Below the pieces are notes generated by a model that searched no databases, was not told the origin of the DNA, and was given only the letters and a program-made list of their open reading frames with translations. A DNA stretch of 64,000 nt from an uncultured Nitrospinota bacterium (GTDB lineage: Bacteria; Nitrospinota; Nitrospinia; Nitrospinales; VA-1), in the NCBI GenBank assembly GCA_905612265.1, contig CAJQRI010000037.1:26268-90267 (forward strand), given 5' to 3'. The position numbers and the translations under genes were made by a program. Below, piece after piece: positions 61,373-64,000 of this stretch (its first letter is position 1; the number at the start of each line of letters is the position of its first letter).

Positions 61373-63619
61373 ATGGCCAAAAAAAGAAAACATAATAAAA
61401 AAAATACTTCCAATCGCAGTCGCCACTTAAAACCTTTTAAGGACGTTGCTCATCCTCTAACTGGCGAGGAAAATAAAATCATAAAAGTTGCAATTTGCCT
61501 ATTTCTAATGGTAGCGACATTTTGTGTTTACTCGCAAGTTCAAGACCATGAGTTTATTAATTACGATGACTATCAATATATAAAGGATAACTGGAAAATA
61601 AAATCCGGGCTCACAAGTGAAAGTATCTCTTGGGCATTTACTACATTTTATGGGTACAACTGGTTTCCGATAACCTGGCTTTCACATATTTTTGACTATC
61701 AACTGTATGGATTAAACCCTAAAGGTCACCACCTGACCAATTTATTATTTCACATAGCTAATGCCCTGATACTGTTCATGGTTCTATTGCGCATGACAGG
61801 AAAGCTGTGGCAGTGTGCCTTTATTGCTGCCATGTTTGCATTCCACCCTCTGAATGTTGAGTCAGTTGCATGGGTAGCAGAACGTAAAAATGTTCTAAGC
61901 ACTTTATTCTGGTTGCTAACCATGTGGGCTTATATCCATTATGCTGAGAAACCGACTATCAAGAATTACGGCTTAGTATTATTATTTTTTGCCTTGGGTC
62001 TGATGTCAAAGCCCATGCTAGTAACCTTACCATTTGTGCTTCTTTTGCTGGACTACTGGCCCTTGAGACGATTGAAATTGGAACAAGGAGGATCTGACAA
62101 CGAAGTTCCAGTAAAGTCTCAATATCATGTGAAGTCCGAGTTTTTGAAACTTATGCTTGAAAAAGTACCCTTGTTTGCACTGACCACAGGGGCATGTATT
62201 TTAACTTTTATCGCTCAACAAGAAGGGGCATTGATAAATGCTAATAACCTATCATTACCCACTCGCCTTACCAACGCAGTGGTTTCATACCTAGAGTATT
62301 TAAAAAAAATGATTTGGCCAAATGATCTGGCAGTATTCTACCCTCATCCCGAAAGTACTTTGGCCGCATGGAAATGGGTTGTGTGTTTTGTAGTGTTAGT
62401 TACCATTACTGCTATTGCCATTAAGTTTATCAAGAAAGCACCTTATTTTGCAGTTGGCTGGTTTTGGTATCTTGGAACTCTGATACCTGTAATTGGAATT
62501 GTTCAGGTTGGGGTGCAGGGTATGGCAGACCGTTATACTTATATACCCCTAATTGGAATATTCATTATTATTGCGTGGGGAGTGCCTGAGCTTATTTCGA
62601 AGTGGAACCACAAAGAAAAGGTGCTGTCTGTTTCAGTCGGAATAATAATCTTGATATTACTGATAACAACTTGGGGGCAAGTGAGTCACTGGAAGAACAG
62701 TATTACAATTTTCAAGCATGCCCTTAAAGTAGCTAACGAAAATTCTTATAGCTCTTATTTAATAAATTACCACCTTGGAGATGCTTTTTGGAATAAACGA
62801 AAAACTGCCAAAGCGATTTCTCATTACAAGATGGCTATTAAGGTCAACCCTGACTATGCCCCCACATATAACAATCTTGGAATTATTCTGGGTGTTGAGG
62901 GGAAAACTGAGGAAGAAATTTCTCATTACAAGATGGCTATTAAGATCAACCCTGACGACGCCAAGGCGCATAGAAATCTTGGGAATGTCTTGCAAAAAGG
63001 AGGAAAGAATAGCGAAGCAATTTTTCATTACAAGATGGCTATTAAGATCAACCCTGATTACGCCAAGGCGCATAGCAATCTTGGGAATGCCTTGGGGAAA
63101 GAAGGGAAGTTTAGCGAAGCAATTTCTCATCACAAGATGGCAATTAAGCTCAACCCTGACTACGCCCCCGCATATAACAATCTTGGAACTGTTCTGGGTG
63201 CTGAAGGGAAAATTGAGGAAGATATTTCCTGTTACAAGATGGCAATTAAGCTCAATCCTGACTACGCCCAAGCACATAACAACCTGGGATTTGCTCTAGG
63301 CGCTGAGGGGAATAATGAGGAAGCGATTTCTCATTTTAAGATGGCTGTTGAGCTCAAGCCTGACCTCGTCGATGCACATTACAACCTGGGGTTTGCTCTA
63401 GGCGCTGAGGGGAATAATGATGAAGCGATTTCTCATTACAAAATGGCTATTAAATTCGACCCTGACCACTTTTGGGCCCACAATAAACTAGGGCATGCTC
63501 TGGTTCAAAAAGGAGAGATGAAAGAAGCTGTTGATCATTACAGGGAAACTGTAAGACTTAGACCCGATCTTGATGCGGCACGTAATAATCTTGAATTTGC
63601 TCTACTCCTTTCAAAATAA
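61373..63619 (+). CDS. Polytopic membrane protein of the PMT/TMTC-like (GT-C fold, DUF1736-type) family fused to a C-terminal TPR array
   Basis: 748 aa. The N-terminal roughly 440 aa are multi-TM with FINYDD..YI, NLLFHIANALILF and FAFHPLNVESVAWVAERKNVLSTLFWLL, typical of bacterial TMTC-like O-glycosyltransferase homologues. The C-terminus has eight 34-aa TPR units (AISHYKMAIKINPDYAKAH.NLG...). Confidence 0.8.
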   Translation: MAKKRKHNKKNTSNRSRHLKPFKDVAHPLTGEENKIIKVAICLFLMVATFCVYSQVQDHEFINYDDYQYIKDNWKIKSGLTSESISWAFTTFYGYNWFPITWLSHIFDYQLYGLNPKGHHLTNLLFHIANALILFMVLLRMTGKLWQCAFIAAMFAFHPLNVESVAWVAERKNVLSTLFWLLTMWAYIHYAEKPTIKNYGLVLLFFALGLMSKPMLVTLPFVLLLLDYWPLRRLKLEQGGSDNEVPVKSQYHVKSEFLKLMLEKVPLFALTTGACILTFIAQQEGALINANNLSLPTRLTNAVVSYLEYLKKMIWPNDLAVFYPHPESTLAAWKWVVCFVVLVTITAIAIKFIKKAPYFAVGWFWYLGTLIPVIGIVQVGVQGMADRYTYIPLIGIFIIIAWGVPELISKWNHKEKVLSVSVGIIILILLITTWGQVSHWKNSITIFKHALKVANENSYSSYLINYHLGDAFWNKRKTAKAISHYKMAIKVNPDYAPTYNNLGIILGVEGKTEEEISHYKMAIKINPDDAKAHRNLGNVLQKGGKNSEAIFHYKMAIKINPDYAKAHSNLGNALGKEGKFSEAISHHKMAIKLNPDYAPAYNNLGTVLGAEGKIEEDISCYKMAIKLNPDYAQAHNNLGFALGAEGNNEEAISHFKMAVELKPDLVDAHYNLGFALGAEGNNDEAISHYKMAIKFDPDHFWAHNKLGHALVQKGEMKEAVDHYRETVRLRPDLDAARNNLEFALLLSK
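62813..63526 (+). repeat. Tandem array of seven 102-bp units (plus a degenerate eighth to 63619) encoding TPR repeats
   Basis: Units start at 62813, 62915, 63017, 63119, 63221, 63323 and 63425, all in frame. Unit pairs 1/4, 2/3 and 5/6 share long identical nucleotide runs, for example CTAGGCGCTGAGGGGAATAATGA in units 5 and 6. Confidence 0.9.
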
Positions 63620-64000
63620 AATGAGTAAAAAAGCTTGTAAAAATTTACCACCATGTTGAGTCGACATCATCTAACTTGCGGACAGTCTGTGGACACCTTA
63701 GAAGGGTCTATCCGCTATTGAGGGGAGCCCATAAGCACTTTTAGAATGGTAGCTTGGGGAAGAACCGGCAAGTTTCAATCGGGTAAATTTTTTCGATGTA
63801 CTCAGGCTTCTCACACCGGAGGCTTTTGCCAGAATCTTTTAGGCCACTCCTTGCGGTTTATATTCTATTTGAAACACAGAACGTCCGTTATTGGCCGGAA
63901 GCAGAAGAAGCAACCATTCCAGTTAACCCGCTCCTAACAACCAAAGATCGTGGGTCCAAAGTAGGCTTTCAACTTAAGAGAACAGTCTGGCATCATCCAG

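Noticed and set aside
62759-63299. Regularly spaced repeats that could be mistaken for a CRISPR array, plus 172-174-aa ORFs on both strands
   Set aside because: The repeats are contiguous 102-bp units with no spacers. They are in frame within a long TPR-encoding gene. The extra ORFs are by-products of the periodicity.
63620-64000. Short minus-strand frames (...LKAYFGPTIFGC*, ...EWPKRFWQKPPV*) vaguely reminiscent of IS200/RAYT-type transposase fragments
   Set aside because: Only a few residues match, the frames are broken by many stops, and no catalytic motifs are present. A call cannot be supported without a profile search.

Overview
64-kb chromosomal segment of a Gram-negative bacterium. 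All calls rest on my own reading of motifs and translations; no searches were run. The taxon cannot be fixed from this window. A marine Nitrospinota/Nitrospirota-like lineage is only a guess from gene content. I support about 60 protein-coding genes, mostly housekeeping. They include pepA, a stand-alone NuoF/HndC-like flavoprotein, hemY-type oxidase, an orphan nuoB, hppA plus ppa, kamA, trxA, bioB, aroA, pntAB, msrP, cutA and priA. There is one intact tRNA-Leu(UAA). There are at least three decayed genes: a tyrosine integrase, an ABC ATPase and a RIC/YtfE-like protein. Two families of short dispersed intergenic repeats and a tandem 102-bp TPR-coding array are also present. No rRNA, CRISPR array or intact transposase was seen.

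The most unusual structure is the tRNA-Leu locus at 22.2-27.6 kb. The intact gene is bracketed by an identical copy of its 5' half upstream and an identical copy of its 3' part downstream. The two partial copies overlap only in the anticodon-loop core ACTTAAAATCC. The left segment is AT-rich by eye and carries a three-module HNH nuclease ORF flanked by ACTCGTAGTA repeat pairs. The right segment carries an inactivated integrase and the membrane H+-pyrophosphatase gene, ending just upstream of the soluble ppa.

Secondary leads:
- a kamA / glutaredoxin-like / ATP-grasp-like operon, possibly for a beta-lysine conjugate
- three ribonuclease-inhibitor-type LRR proteins
- a di-haem cytochrome c fused to an EB_dh-like domain and coupled to an HExxH protein
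- an FGE-like gene coupled to a long ThyX-family gene

I did not find a clear complete novel multi-gene system, and the leads above are graded accordingly.
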